NCBI RefSeq assembly: GCF_028641065.1
Contig: NW_026575814.1
Coordinates: 124,001 to 188,000, forward strand
Origin: Leucoraja erinacea
Lineage: Eukaryota
Direction: 5' to 3'
DNA length: 64,000 nucleotides
Position numbers and translations under genes: made by a program. This document shows, piece after piece, positions 11,833 to 26,600 of the stretch; positions within the stretch are counted from its first letter, which is position 1, and every line of letters starts with the position of its first letter. The notes beneath the pieces were generated by a model. It searched no databases, had not been told where the DNA came from, and saw nothing but the letters and a program-made list of their open reading frames with translations.

Positions 11833-12081
11833 ATTCCCACAGCTTGATATATTTCGCCACCTCCTCCCTCAGTGTCCCTGACCTGCCAGACTTCGCCAGG
11901 GTTGGGATGTTGGATGATCTGCAGATAGATTACTACGACAACTCCCTCGAAGAAGTGGTACCCAGGCAGCAGTGGATTGCGAATGGCTTCACGGCTGAGT
12001 ACTGGGCACGGCAGAAGATGATCGCAGACATCATTCACACGATTGTGTCTAAACAATTGGGAACACATGCCCAATTGCTCG
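11833..12081 (+). CDS. MHC class I alpha1 domain exon (249 bp)
   Basis: Branch-point-like CTAAC (~11802), pyrimidine tract and CAG acceptor ending 11832; donor G|GTATGT at 12082. Translation [83 protein letters not shown] keeps class I hallmarks H3, Y7, D29, W51, Y59, W60. Confidence 0.95.
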
Positions 12082-15000
12082 GTATGTGTCTTTGTACCCC
12101 TCTCAGGCTCACAGTAAATTTCACCTTGCCAAAATATCCGCTATCAGATGGATCCGATGAAGCAGCAGAAATTCCGTCCCCTGCTTTGGAATATGGGAGG
12201 AAACTGGACGGAGGCACCCGGAGAAAACTCATGCTGCGTGGTCATAGTGAGCATGTACAAATTCCGTGCAGTGTGCCCATTGCCCTCATTGTCAGGATCG
12301 AACCCGGGTCTCAAGGCAGCAATTCTACCGCTGCCCCATCATGCCAACAACTTCGGTCTCAATGCGATCGCCCTGCTCTACATACACACTGATGCACACT
12401 ACACCATCTCACACTGTGATTCCCCTGCTCTATATACACACTGATGCACACTACACCATCTCACACTGTGATCGCCCTGCTCTATATACACACTGATGCA
12501 CACTACACCATCTCACACTGTGATTCTCCTGCTCTATATACAAACTGATGCACACTACACCATCTCACTGTGATTCCCCTGCACTATACAAACTGATCCA
12601 CAGTACGCCATCTCTCACTGCGATTCCCTTCTCCGCCCATGATGATGCACAGTACACTCTCTCTCACTATCGCCTGCACTATACACATACTGATGCACAG
12701 TACATCATCGCTCACTGTAACCCCTGCTCTATGCACACTGATGCACAGTAAACCATCTCACTGTGATCCCCTGCTTTGCCCATACTGATGCACAGTACAC
12801 CATCTCTCACTATCCCCTACACTATATAAACTGATGCACAGTACACCATCTCTCACTATCCCCTACACTGCATTGTACACACAATGGATTAACACCGGGT
12901 GGCAGTGTACGATGGCAGCCTCGCCAACAGTCTGTCATGTCCTTTTCTTCTTTTGTTGTTTTTGGTCCATAATTAAATGCATGTTTTAGTGTATTTTCAA
13001 TTTTGTATTATGTTGGGGGGGGCCTTTAAAAAATCTCTTTCCTCGACGGAGATGCAACTTTTTCTGCATCGTAAATCCGTCCACACTGCAGCCTAACATC
13101 GTGCAGCTGACGGTCTCTTGGTTTGGGATCGACTTCGGGAGCTCAAACCACAGGAGATTCGACCGCCCCGATGCGGGAGCTTCATCTCCGGCTGCGGGAG
13201 CTTCCATCACCCCGACTGTGGATGGTTCAACTGCCCCGCAACCGCGAGGAAAAAGCAGGGAAGAAGATAATACGCTATTGCCTTCCATCCCATCACAGGG
13301 GTGGATGTATATGTGAATTTTTATGTTGTTTTATGATTTTTTTTTGTAAGACTGTATGGAAAATCAAATTCTTTGCATGTTTTTACATACTTGGCGAATA
13401 AATTAATTACAACTAGAATTACAATGATGCAATGCACACCATCTCACTGTAATCCCCTGCTCTATACACACCCTGACACACAGTACACCATATAACCATA
13501 TAATATAACCCCATATAACAATTACAGCACGGACACACAGTACACCATCACTGTAACCCTTCTACACACCCTGTCCGTGCCATATAACACATAACAATCT
13601 ACCCGGAAACCCATATCGACCCTTCTAGTCCTCAGAACACATAACCCTCCATATACCTGCGCTCAGACCATAACCCTCCATTCCCTATCCATATAACTAT
13701 CCAATTTATTTTTAAATGATAAAAACGAACCTGCCTCCACCACCTTCACTGGAAGCTCATTCCACACAGCTACCACTCTCTGAGTAAAGAAGTTCCCCCT
13801 CATGTTACCCCTAAACTTCAGTCCCTTAATTCTCATGTCATGTCCCCTTGTTTGAATCTTCCCTACTCTCAGTGGGAAAAGCTTTTCCATGTCAACTCTG
13901 TCTATGCCTCTCATCATTTAAAAAAACCTCTATCAAGTCCCCCCTTAACCTTCTGCGCTCCAAAGAATAAAGCCCTAACTTGTTCAACCTTTCTCTGTAA
14001 CTTAGTTGCTGAAACCCAGGCAACATTCTAGTAAATCTCCTCTGTACTCTCTCTATTTTGTTGACATCCTTCCTATAATTAGGCGACCAAAATTGTACAC
14101 CATACTCCAGAATTGGCCTCACCAATGCCTTGTACAATTTTAACATTACATCCCAACTTCTATACTCAATGCTCTGATTACCATCTCACTGTAATCCCCT
14201 GCTTATACACACTCTGACACACAGTACACCCTCACAGTAATCCCCTGTGCTATACACACCCTGACACACAGTACACCCTCACAGTAATCCCCTGCTCTAT
14301 ACACACCCTGACACACAGTACACCCTCACAGTAATCCCCTGCTCTATACACACCCTGACACACAGTACACCATCTCACTGTAATCCCCTGCCCAGTGTAA
14401 TCTCTCCTCTGCTCTATTGGCTATATTTAAGAGGGAGTTAGATGTGGCCCTTGTGGCCTGGAGAGAAGGCAGGACACACAGTACATGGCGGTGCAGGCTC
14501 ACAGTAATCCCACCCTGCTATTATACACACCCTGACACACAGTACACCATCTCACTGTAATCCCCTGCTCTATACACACCCTGACACACAGTACACAGTA
14601 ATCCCCTGCTCTATACACACCCTGACACACAGTACACCATCTCACTGTAATCCCCTGCTTATACACAGGGGACAGGCTAGATGCAGGAAGATTGTTCCCG
14701 ATGTTGGGGAAGTCCAGGACAAGGGGTCACAGCTTAAGGATAAAGGGGAAATCCTTTAAAACCGAGATGAGAAGAACTTTTTTTCACGCAGAGAGTGGTG
14801 AATCTCTGGAACTCTCTGCCACAGAGGGTAGTTGAGGCCAGTTCATTGGCTATATTTAAGAGGGAGTTAGATGTGGCCCTTGTGGCTAAGGGGATCAGGG
14901 GGTATGGAGAGAAGGCAGGTACGGGATACTGAGTTGGATGATCAGCCATGATCATATTGAATGGCGGTGCAGGCTCGAAGGGCCGAATGGCCTACTCCTG

Positions 15001-17574
15001 CACCTAATTTCTATGTTTCTATGTTTCTATGTTACACACCCTGAGCCACAGTACACCATCTCACTGTAATCCCCTACTCTATACACACCCTGACACACAG
15101 TACACCATCTCACTGTAATCCCCTACTCTATACACACCCTGACACAGTACACCATCCACCATCTCACTGTAATCCCCTGCTTATACACACCCTGACACAC
15201 AGTACACCCTCACAGTAATCCCCTACTCTGCCTACAATCATGCACGGTGTACCCTCTCCTATTTGATCCCCTGCTCTGAACACAATGATGTGAGTGCACA
15301 CACAGCCCCTCTCCATGATCATTCCCCTGTGTACCCACTCACCCTGGCTGTACACATTTGCTCACCGTGATCACAGATTGTTTGAGACACTTTGTGCTGT
15401 ACCACCACCTACGATGCTGCATTCACTCCACCCTCAGCCCCTGCTCTAACATCATCCCCTCACTACAGTCTGCTGCTCCCTGCATCTCGTGGTGACACAG
15501 TGCAGGTCCCATTTAGAAACATAGAAAATAGGTGCAGGAGTAGGCCATTCGGCCCTTCGAGCCTGCACCTCCATTCAATATGATCATGGCTGATCATCCA
15601 ACTCAGTATCCCGCACCTGCCTTCTCTCCATACCCCCTGATCCCTTTAGCCACAAGGGCCACATCTAACTCCCTCCTAAATATAGCCAATGAACTGTGGC
15701 CTCAACTACCTTCTGTGGCAGAGAATTCCACAGATTCACCACTCTCTGTGTGAAAAATGTTTTTCTCATCTCGGTCCTAAAAGATTTCCCCCTTATCCTT
15801 AAACTGTGTGACCCCTTGTTCTGGACTTCCGCAACATCGGGAACAATCTTCCTGCGTCTAGCCTGTCCAACCCCTTAAGAACCCCTTCCGTGTTTGGTAT
15901 GTGTAAAATGATTATGTTGCACAGATCTGGAGTTTAAAGCCATCTCTAATTGTAACACACAGTATAGGGGTACAGCAGGTTGTTAGTTGTTAGTTCATCA
16001 CTACCACTTCCAAGACTACTTAATGTAGGAAGTGGGTGTTAATATAAAGCATACAGTAAGGTGGGGTTAGTGTTGCTACTCTACTATGCTTGGTTCACAT
16101 GCATTAACCAATCTACAGTAGGGAATAGCTTCTCATTCATGACAAATGGTTCTTTACAGGTATCACCTACTTCCAGACGATTTGGGGCTGCACACAGTCT
16201 GAAAATATGAACCATCTGTTTGTAAAGTTTAGCATCCAAGACCTCGGTGCGATTGAGTGTGATCTGGTCACAGTGAACTGTTCCGCCACTGGTATCTTTA
16301 TAATCTTGAACGATCCAAGCACCTTACAGCCTTTCGTTAATAATGTTGCAGTTCAAACAGTGAACAACAGCTGCATTCCAGACTTGCGGGAAGCTCTTCA
16401 GCTTGGTGAGGCGGCACTCGAGAGGAGAGGTAGGTAGGACGGACTTCTCAGTACTTAAGCCCCTGTGTGTGACAGAGTGGGAGCTATGATCCAGGAAGGT
16501 GTGGGTGCTCCCTTTCCGGGACAGTCTGGGGCAGCAATAGAGCGCCCATTTGAGACAGTGAGGGAGCCCAGGGAGGTGAGGGAGCTTCCATTCTGGGACT
16601 GTGAGGTGTCTCTTGACCCAGACAACAAGGGAGCTCACATCGGCTATATTTAATTCCCATTGGCTATATTTAAGAGGGAGTTAGACGTGGCCCTTGTGGC
16701 TAAAGGGATCAGAGGGTATGGAGAGAAGGCAGGTACAGGATACTGAGTTGGATGATCAGCCATGATCATATTGAATGGCGGTGCAGGCTCGAAGGGCCGA
16801 ATGGCCTACTCCTGCACCTATTTTCTATGTTTCTATCCATGATGGTGAGGGAGCACTGATCTGGGACGATTTCCCAATCACGGATGGTGAGGGAGCTTCT
16901 GAGTCAAAATTATTAAAATGAGAAGATTTGGTTACATTCGAAACAGCTCAGATAATGTCTAGGGCCAAAAATAAAAATTTACCTGGAAACATTCAAAAAT
17001 TATTTAACGAGCGTGTGGGGGGTTACAATTTAAGAGGAATATTTAATTTTAAGAAACAAAGAGTCCGTACGACTAGAAAAACCTTTTGTATTTCGGTTTG
17101 TGGAGTAGGAGTGTGGAACAAATTGAACGAGGAATTAAAGCAATGTACAAACATGAATCATTTTAAAATGATATATAAAAAAATAATTTTCATGGGGATG
17201 GCTGACAAGTGGGGGTTAATGTTTATCTATTGCTTTACAATTGTTTACTTATGTTTGGTTGCTTCATATATGAAGTTTGTATGTGTATAATAGCTGTATG
17301 TCTGTAGGTATTATGGGAAAGTGCCTGGGGTAGTATTATTATTATTAATTAATTGATTTTTAAATATGGTAGAAATGTTGGGGAAAAGGGGTGAGATTTA
17401 ATAAGTTATTCTTCTTCTCACTCCTTTTCGAGCTTGTACAGACACAGAGTTGGACATTGGAAATTTGCTTTTTGTTCTTTTCATTGCTTGTAAATATTGA
17501 TTGTAATGTCCAATTGTTTGATAATTTCGATTTTGTTACTATTAATGTCTTTAATGTCTTTACTTGTTCGGAAT

Positions 17575-17605
<31 letters not shown>

Positions 17606-20600
17606 GGCAGGAGAATGGGGTGAGGAAGGAGAGATAGATCAGATTATACTGTACATAAATATAACAACGTTAAACTCAAGTACAATAGATAGTGCTAAGG
17701 GGAAGATACAGTTCATCAGTCCAATAGGCAGAATCCAATGTGGTAGAGGTGAATTGGACAGTACCTTAGCTCAGAAACTTGGTAGCAGAGGTGGTGGTGG
17801 TGCAAGCTTTCAAGCTTCTATACCCTTTGCCCGACTGGAGCAGGGAGAAGAAGGAATGACCGGGGATGGGACAAGTCATTAATTGTGTTGGCTGCTTTTC
17901 TGTGGCAGCGTGGAATGTAGGTGGAGTCAGTGATGGGGAGTCTGGATGCGTGATGGTCTGGGCTACATCTACAACTCTTCGCAATTTTTTTGTGGTCTTG
18001 GGTAGAGCTGTTCCCAAACCAAGCAGTGACAGTATGGAGCTTCTGCAGAGGACTGTAAGAATCATTGGAGTCATGCCAAATTTCCTGCGTCTCCTAAGGT
18101 AGTAGAGGCCTTGGTGTGCCTCCTTGGCTGCTGTATCAATGTGGTAATATTAACGCCAAGGAACTTGAAGATCTGAACCATTTCTACTTCAGCACCATTG
18201 ATACTGAGTGGGGCATGTACTCCACTATGTTTCCTGAACGAGCTAACTAGTTTGTGAGTGAAACAGTGAGACAGCAAGGCTGGTGTGCATAATCTCCATC
18301 TGTAAGTTACTAGGGAAATTGACGAGGGTCAAGCAGTGGTTGTTGTCTATATGGACTTTAGTAAGGCCTTTGACAAGGTTCCTCATGGAAGGTTGGTTAA
18401 GAAGGTTCAACTGTTGGGTATAAATGCAGGAATAGCAAGATGGATTCAACAGTGGCTGAATGGGAGAAGCCAGAGGGTAATGGTGGATGGCTGTTTATCG
18501 GGTTGGAGGCAGGTGACTAGTGGGGTGCCTCAGGGATCTGTGTTGGGTCCTTTGTTGTTTGTCATGTACATCAATGATCTTGATGAAGGTGTGGTAAATT
18601 GGATTAGTAAGTATGCAGATGATACCAAGATAGGGGGTGTTGTGGATAATGAAGAGGATTTCCAAAGTCTACAGAGTGATTTAGGCCATTTGGAAAAATG
18701 GGCTGAAAGATGGCAGATGGAGTTTAATGCTGATAAATGTGAGGTGCTACACCTTGGCAGGTCAAATCAAAATAGGACGTACATGGTAAATGGTAGGGAA
18801 TTGAAGAATACAGTTGAACAGAGGGATCTGGGTATAACCGTGCATAGTTCCTTGAAGGTGGAATCTCATATAGATAGGGTGGTAAAGAAAGCTTTTGGTA
18901 TGCTAGCCTTTATAAATCAGAGCATTGAGTATAGAAGCTGGGATGTAATGTTAAAATTGTACAAGGCATTGGTGAGACCAAATCTGGAGTATGGTGTACA
19001 ATTTTGGTCGCCCAATTATAGGAAGGATGTCAACAAAATAGAGAGAGTACAGAGGAGATTTACTAGAATGTTGCCTGGGTTTCAACAACTAAGTTACAGA
19101 GATAGGTTGAATAAGTTATCTTTATTCTCTGGAGCGCAGAAGGTTAAGGGGGGACCTGATAGAGGTCTTTAAAATGATGAGAGGGATAGACAGAGTTGAT
19201 GTGGACAAGCTTTTCCCTTTGAGAATAGGGAAGATTCAAACAAGAGGACATGACTTCAGAATTAAGGGACAGAAGTTTAGGGGTAATATGAGGGGGAACT
19301 TCTTTACGCAGAGAGTGGTGGCGGTGTGGAATGAGCTCCCAGTGGAAGTGGTGGAGGCAGGTTCATTGGTATCATTTAAAAATAAATTGGATAGGCATAT
19401 GGATGAGAAGGGAATGGAGGGTTATGGTATGAGTGTAGGCAGGTGGGACTAAGGGGGAAAAAAAAAAAAATTTGTTCGGCATGGACTTGTAAGGCCGAGA
19501 TGGCCTGTTTCCATGCTGTAATTGTTATATGGTTATATGGTAAGGTAATGTCCTCTGTGTTAAATTAGTGACGTTACTCTCCATTCTTCCCCAGTTGTTC
19601 CAGGGGTGACAGTGTTGAAAAGGGACAAAGGTGAGGGGCTCCGATGTGTCATCACTCCCTTTTACCCCCGCTCCATCAACGCCACTTGGCTGAGGAATGG
19701 ACAGGCCGTCTCCAATGGCATAAACAAGATCCTTCTACCAAACCACGATGACACGTACAGGATGGAACTGCTCATCGAGCTACACGGCCAAGATCCAAAG
19801 ATGTACAGCTGTCAGGTCCAGCACAGCAGCCTGCCAGAGACGCTGACAATGACACTGAGGGGAGGTAAGTCACTGTATGTTGTCTACAATCTGTTTCACT
19901 CCTGCTTGTAGAAAGGAGATGAGGAGTTTCTTTCGTTGGAGGTTCATTGACACAGAAGGCTGTGGAGGCCGTTAATGGAGATTTTTAAGGAATTATCGTT
20001 TCCTCTGAAGAAGGATGTGCTGGCGTTGGTGAGGGGCCAGAGGAGGATTACGAGAATGAGTCTAGGAATGATTGGGTTCACATATGATAGAAACATAGAA
20101 AATAGGCGCCACTCTCTGTGAAAAATGTTTTTCTCATCTCGGTCCTTGAGGATTTCCCCTTTATCCTTAAACTGTGACCCCTTGTCCTGGACTTCCCCAA
20201 CATCGGGAACAATCTTCCTGCATCTAGCCTGTCCAACCCCTTAAGAATTTTGTAAGTTTCTATAAGATTCCCCCTCAATCTTCTAAATTCTAGCGAGTAC
20301 AAGCCGAGTCTATCCAGTCTTTCTTCATATGGAAAGTCCTGACATCCCAGGAATCAGTCTGGTGAATCTTCTCTGCACTCCCTCTATGGCAAGAATGTCT
20401 TTCCCCAGATTAGGAGACCAAAACTGTACACAATACTCCAGGTGTGGTGTCACCAAGACCCTGTACAACTGCAGTAGAACCTCCCTGCTCCTATACTCAA
20501 ATCCTTTTGCTGATTGTTTTAAGGCACTGGGCCTATACTCGCTGGAGTTTAGATGGATGAGGGGGGACCTCGTTGAAACTTACTGAATTATGAAAGGTCT

Positions 20601-23600
20601 GGATAGAGTGAATGTGGAGAGGATGTTTCCACTATTGGGAGAGTTGAGGACCAGAGGCCATACCCTCAGAATAAAAGGACGTGCCATTAGGAAGGAGATG
20701 AGGAGGAATTACTTTAGTCAGAGGGTGGTGAATCTGTGGAATTCATTGCCACAAACGGCTGTGGAGGTCGTCAATGGATATTTTTACGGCGGAGATTGAC
20801 AGATTCTTGATCAGTAAGAGTATCAGGGGTTATGGGGAGAAGGCAGGAGAATGGGGTTGAGAGGGAAAGATAGATTAGCCATGATTGAATGACAGAGTTG
20901 ACTTGGTAGGCCATTGGCCTAATTTTGCTCCTCGGACTTATGAGCTTAGTGTGAACGGGACCGATAGTCGGCATGGACTCGGAGCATCTTTTGTGGTAAT
21001 CTTCTTCGCTGCTGTGTGCTGGGAAGGCTGGCTCCATCCTGGGGGCAGAGTTGGATTCGTGGGAGGAGGTCTTGGTGGGATGTTCCTCAAACTGCGAAGC
21101 ATCTTGTACAGTAACCATATAACCATATAACAATTACAGCACGGAAACAGGCCATCTCGGCCCTACAAGTCCGTGCCGAACAACTTTTTCCCCCCTTAGT
21201 CCCACCTGCCTGCACTCATACCATAACCCTCCATTCCCTTCTCATCCATATGCCTATCCAATTTATTTTTAAATGATACCAATGAACCTGCCTCCACCAC
21301 TTCCACTGGGAGCTCATTCCACACCGCTACCACTCTCTGCGTAAAGAAGTTCCCCCTCATATTACCCCTAAACTTCTGTCCCTTAATTCTGAAGTCATGT
21401 CCTCTTGTTTGAATCCTCCCTATTCTCAAAGGGAAAAGCTTGTCCACATCAACTCTGTCTATCCCTCTCATCATTTTAAAGACCTCTATCAAGTCCCCCC
21501 TTAACCTTCTGCGCTCCAGAGAATAAAGACCTAACTTATTCAACCTATCTCTGTAACTTAGTTGTTGAAACCCAGGCAACATTCTAGTAAATCTCCTCTG
21601 TACTCTCTCTATTTTGTTGACATCCTTCCTATAATTGGGCGACCAAAATTGTACACCATACTCCAGATTTGGTCTCACCAATGCCTTGTACAATTTTAAC
21701 ATTACATCCCAGCTTCTATACTCAATGCTCTGATTTATAAAGGCTAGCATACCAAAAGCTTTCTTTACCACCCTATCTATATGAGATTCCACCTTCAAGG
21801 AACTATGCACGGTTATACCCAGATCCCTCTGTTCAACTGTATTCTTCAATTCCCTACCATTTACCATGTACAGCTCACCCACTCCATGACACACTGGTCA
21901 ACCTGAGAAGTACCTTCAGCAACAGACTAGTTCCACCAAGATGCAGTACAGATCGCCACAGATCCTTTTTTTCCTGTGGCTTCCAAACCATAACTCCTGC
22001 CCTTTCTGTCGTATAGTAGACTGACTCCCCTCCCCCATCCCCCTCCCCTCTCCATCCATCCCCAAATGTTTGAACATCTCCAATCCTTTCCACTCGTCAC
22101 CATGTTTCATGTGTCTTGTTGTGCTTTATGACTGTTGTCAGTCCAATTTCCTTCCTGGGATAAATTAAACTTCTATCGTATTGTATGGCATTAACCATAT
22201 AACCATATAACATATACCATATAACAATTACAGCACGGAAACAGGCCATCTCCACCCTTCTAGTCCGTGCCGAACACATAATCTCCCCTAGTCCCATATA
22301 CCTGCGCTCAGACCATAACCCTCCATTCCCTTCCCATCCATATAACTATCCAATTTATTTTTAAATGATAAAAACAAACCTGCCTCCACCACCTTCACTG
22401 GAAGCTCATTCCACACAGCTACCACTCTCTGAGTAAAGAAGTTCCCCCTCATGTTACCCCTAAACTTCAGTCCCTTAATTCTCATGTCATGTCCCCTTGT
22501 TTGAATCTTCCCTACTCTCAGTGGGAAAAGCTTTTCCACGTCAACTCTGTCTATCCCTCTCATCATTTTAAAAACCTCTATCAAGTCCCCCCTTAACCTT
22601 CTGCGCTCCAAAGAATAAAGCCCTAACTTGTTCAACCTTTCTCTGTAACTTAGTTGCTGAAACCCAGGCAACATTCTAGTAAATCTCCTCTGTACTCTCT
22701 CTATTTTGTTGACAAATTAAACTCCTCTGCCTGCATGTGAACCACATAGCTCCATTTTCTGCATATCCATGTGCTGATACAAAAGCCTCCTAAATGCCTC
22801 TATCACATCTGCCTCACCACCACAGCCCCTGGCAGTGCATTCCAGGCACCCACCACTTCCCTATGTTTAAAAAAATCCATGCCCCGCACATCTCCTTTAA
22901 AGCCTGTCCCTCTCACCTTAAAGCTATGCCCTCTAGTCTTTGTCATTTCCATGCTGGGGAAAAAAAAAATTCTCACTCTCCATCAAATCTAGATCTGTCA
23001 TAATTTTAGAAACTGCTATCATGCCTACACACAGCCTCTGACGTTCCAGACCAGAGAAAACAATCCAAGCTTGTCCAACCTCTCATTACAGTTAATACCC
23101 TCGAATCCAGGAGCATTATGGCATATGAAACATGAGGGTAATCTAGTTTAGAGATACAGCACGGAAACAGGCCCTTAACATATATAACATATAACAATTA
23201 CAGCACGGAAACAGGCCATCTCGGCCCTACAAGTCCATGCCGAACAATTTTTTTCCCCTTAGTCCCACCTGCCTGCACTCGTACCATAACCCTCCATTCC
23301 CTTCTCATCCATATGCCTATCCAATTTATTTTTAAATGATACCAATGAACCTGCCGCCACCACTTCCACTGGGTGCTCATTCCACACCGCTTCCACTCTC
23401 TGAGTAAAGAAGTTCCCCCTCATATTACCCCTAAACTTCCGTCCCTTAATTCTGAAGTCATGTCCTCTTGTTTGAATCTTCCCTATTCTCAAAGAAAAAA
23501 GCTTGTCCACATCAACTCTGTCTATCCCTCTCATCATTTTAAAGACCTCTATCAGGTCCCCCCTTAACCTTCTGCGCTCCAGAGAATAAAGACCTAACTT

Positions 23601-26600
23601 ATTCAACCTATCTCTGTAACTTAGTTGTTGAAACCCAGGCAACATTCTAGTAAATCTCCTCTGTACTCTCTCTATTTTTTTTATTTTTTTTATTTTGTTT
23701 CCCTTTGTCCCACGCAGACCAGCGATCCCCGCACATTAACACTATCCTACACCCACTAGGGACAATGTTTACATTTACCAAGCCAATTAACCTACATGTA
23801 CGTGTTTGGAATGTGGGAGGAAACCGAAGATCTTGGAGAAAACATACGCAGGTCACGGGGAGAACGTACAAACTCTGTATAGACAGCCACCTTAATCGGG
23901 ATCGAACCCAAGACTCTGGTGCTGCATTCGTTGTAAGGCAACAACTCTACCGCTGCACCACTGCAACTTTGTTGAAAGGGCTGGTACTCAGCAGACGGAG
24001 TCTCCTGTAGGAAGGAACTGCAGATGCTGGTTTAAAACAAAGATAGACACAAAAAGCTGCAGGAACTCAGACAGCATCTCTGAGGTGAAGGAATGCGTGA
24101 TGTTTTGGGTCGAGACCCTTCTTCAGACGGAATCTGATGCTTGGGCCAAACAGCAGGAAACTAGATGACAAAGGGGAAACCCCCATCTTCAAACAGGATA
24201 ATGCATTGTGAAATAAAATTTACGTGCTGCTCCTCAGCCTGGGACTACAATTACTGGGAAGGGGCAGAATGCAATTTACAAGGTAGGGAATTGAAGAATG
24301 TAGGTGAACAGAGGGATCTGGGAATAACTGTGCACAGTTCCCTGAAAGTGGAATCTCATGTAGATAGGGTGGTAAAGAAAGATTTTGGTGTGCTGGCCTT
24401 TATAAATCAGAGCGTTGAGTGATAGAAGCGGGGGTGGTAATGTTAAAATTGTACAAGGCATTGGTGAGGCCAATTCTGGAGTATGGGAGGTACAATTTTG
24501 GTCGCCTAATTATAGGAAGGATGTCAACTAAAAATAGAGAGAGTACAGAGGAGATTTACTAGAATGTTGCTGGGTTTCAGCAACTAAGTTACAGAGAAAG
24601 GTTGAACAATTTAGGGCTTTATTCTTTGGAGCGCAGAAGGTTAAGGGGGGACTTGATAGAGGTCGGAAAATGATGAGAGGGATGAGCCACCGGGAGACAG
24701 AGTTGACGTGGAAAAGCTTTTCCCACTGAGAGTATGGAAGATTCAAACAAGGGGACATGACATGAGAATTAAGGGACTGAAGTTTAGGGGTAACATGAGG
24801 GGGAACTTCTTTACTCAGAGAGTGGTAGCTGTGTGGAATGAGCTTCCAGTGAAGGTGGTGGAGGCAGGTTCGTTTTTATCATTTAAAAATAAATTGGATA
24901 GTTATATGGATGGGAAGGGAATGGAGGGTTATGGTCTGAGAGCAGGTATATGGGACTAGGGGAGATTATGTGTTCGGCACGGACTAGAAGGGTCGAGATG
25001 GCCTGTTTCCGTGCTGTAATTGTTATATGGTTATATGGTTACATGGTAGCTCAGTGAGCCCTTTGTTTCATGACATTGACTTTCCTTATAGTCCCAGCAT
25101 TAACTTTCCTTTGAGCTGTCAGTCAAATATACAGCCCAAAAATAAGAAATATTTTTGACACCAATCTGAGGAAGTGTCTCGACCTGAAACATCGCCATTC
25201 CTTTTCCCCCGGAGGTGCTGCCTGACCCGCTGAGTTACTCTAGCGTTTTGTGTCTATCTTCAGTGTAAACCAGCATCTGCAGTTAATTCTTCCACTTAAC
25301 ATTTTTAATTGATTGACAGATACAGCATGCAAACAGGCCCTTTGCCTACCGAGTCCATGCTGACCACTCATTCCTCCAATCCTCGGACTATCTTTAATCG
25401 GACTTTATCATGCATCAAAAAGTTTTTCATTCACTGTTTCCCAGACAATATACTAAACATCACTAAGCTAAGCTCAACTAAACTCACTCACGTTTGTTCC
25501 ATGTTATCCCATTTTCTCATCCACTCCCTACACACTGGGTGGGGGCAATCCCGCATGTCTTTGGGATCTTCGACGAAACCGGAGCACCCGGAGGAACCAC
25601 ACTCAGTCACAGGGCGAATGTGCAAACTCCACGCAGATGGCACCAGGTATCAGGATAGAAACCGGGTCTCGGGTGCAGTGAGACAGCAGCTCCACCACCC
25701 AGTAGCGGACTGCGTCTAAATATATTGGTTGCCAGGAGACAAAGGGGGCCCACTTCATCAGGGGCCCACTTGATATAGGGGGCCCACTTCATCACGGGCC
25801 CACTTGCCATCGGGCAAGCTGACACCCTGGCCAGTCCGCCACTGGCTCCACCCCATTACCCTGCTATAGGAAGGGTGTCATTAAGCTGGAATGTGTACTG
25901 AGAAGATTTATGAGGATGTTGCTAGGACTTTGGGGCCAATTATAGGGAGAGATGGGGCAGGTTAGGACTTTATTCCTTAGAGCGCAGGACTCTAGAGGGG
26001 TGATCTTACAGCAGTTTATAAGATTATGAGGGGAATAGATAAGGCAAATGCATAATCTGTTAACCAGAGTAAGGGAATCAAGAACCAAGGTGAGAAAGAT
26101 TTAATAGAATTTGAGGAGTAACTTCACACAGGGGACGGTAGGTATATGGAAAGAACTACCGGAAGAGGTAGTGAGGGCAGATACCATAACAGATACAATA
26201 CAATACAATACAATACCTTTATTTGTCATTTGAACCTCACATGAGGTTCAAACGAAATGTAGTTTCTGCAGCCATACAATAAAAGAACCAAAACACACAC
26301 CAACACTATTCACATAAACATCCATCACAGTGGCTCTCCTCCTCACTGTGATGGAAGGCAAAGTTCTTGTCTCTCCCCTGCACTCCATTTCCCTCCCGAA
26401 GTCGAGGTCAAAGCCCCCGGCGGGCGCTAGTCCGCGGCAAATTAAGGCCGCGCCGGGCGTTGTAGGGCCCCCCTCTAGGTCACTCTCAACCCCGCAATTC
26501 GGGCGGGAGAAGTCGCCGCTGCCGGTGCCCCGCAAAGCAGCCTCCCACCAGGGATCCGCGAGCTCCCGGTGTCACCATCCACCGGAGCCGGGCCGCAGCA

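Larger units (their letters stand above)
12365..15400. repeat. Intronic minisatellite, 47-52 bp unit, interrupted by TE insertions
   Basis: CTGATGCACACTACACCATCTC... recurs at 12389, 12441, 12493, 12545 (period 52); a 47-50 bp variant CTGACACACAGTACACC(AT)CTCAC(A/T)GTAATCCCCTGCTCTATACACACC occurs from 13440 to 15230. Confidence 0.9.

Noticed and set aside
12082-12392. C-terminal extension of ORF 11844-12392 (likewise read-through of ORFs 16207 and 19606)
   Set aside because: Read-through past consensus donors into intron and SINE sequence.
12365-15400. CRISPR-like array
   Set aside because: Tandem units without unique spacers in vertebrate DNA; it is a minisatellite.
20885-21130. [14 protein letters not shown] as TM exon of the MHC gene
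   Set aside because: It is Rex1/Babar RT C-terminal sequence that continues after the CR1 insertion, and it has no splice acceptor.
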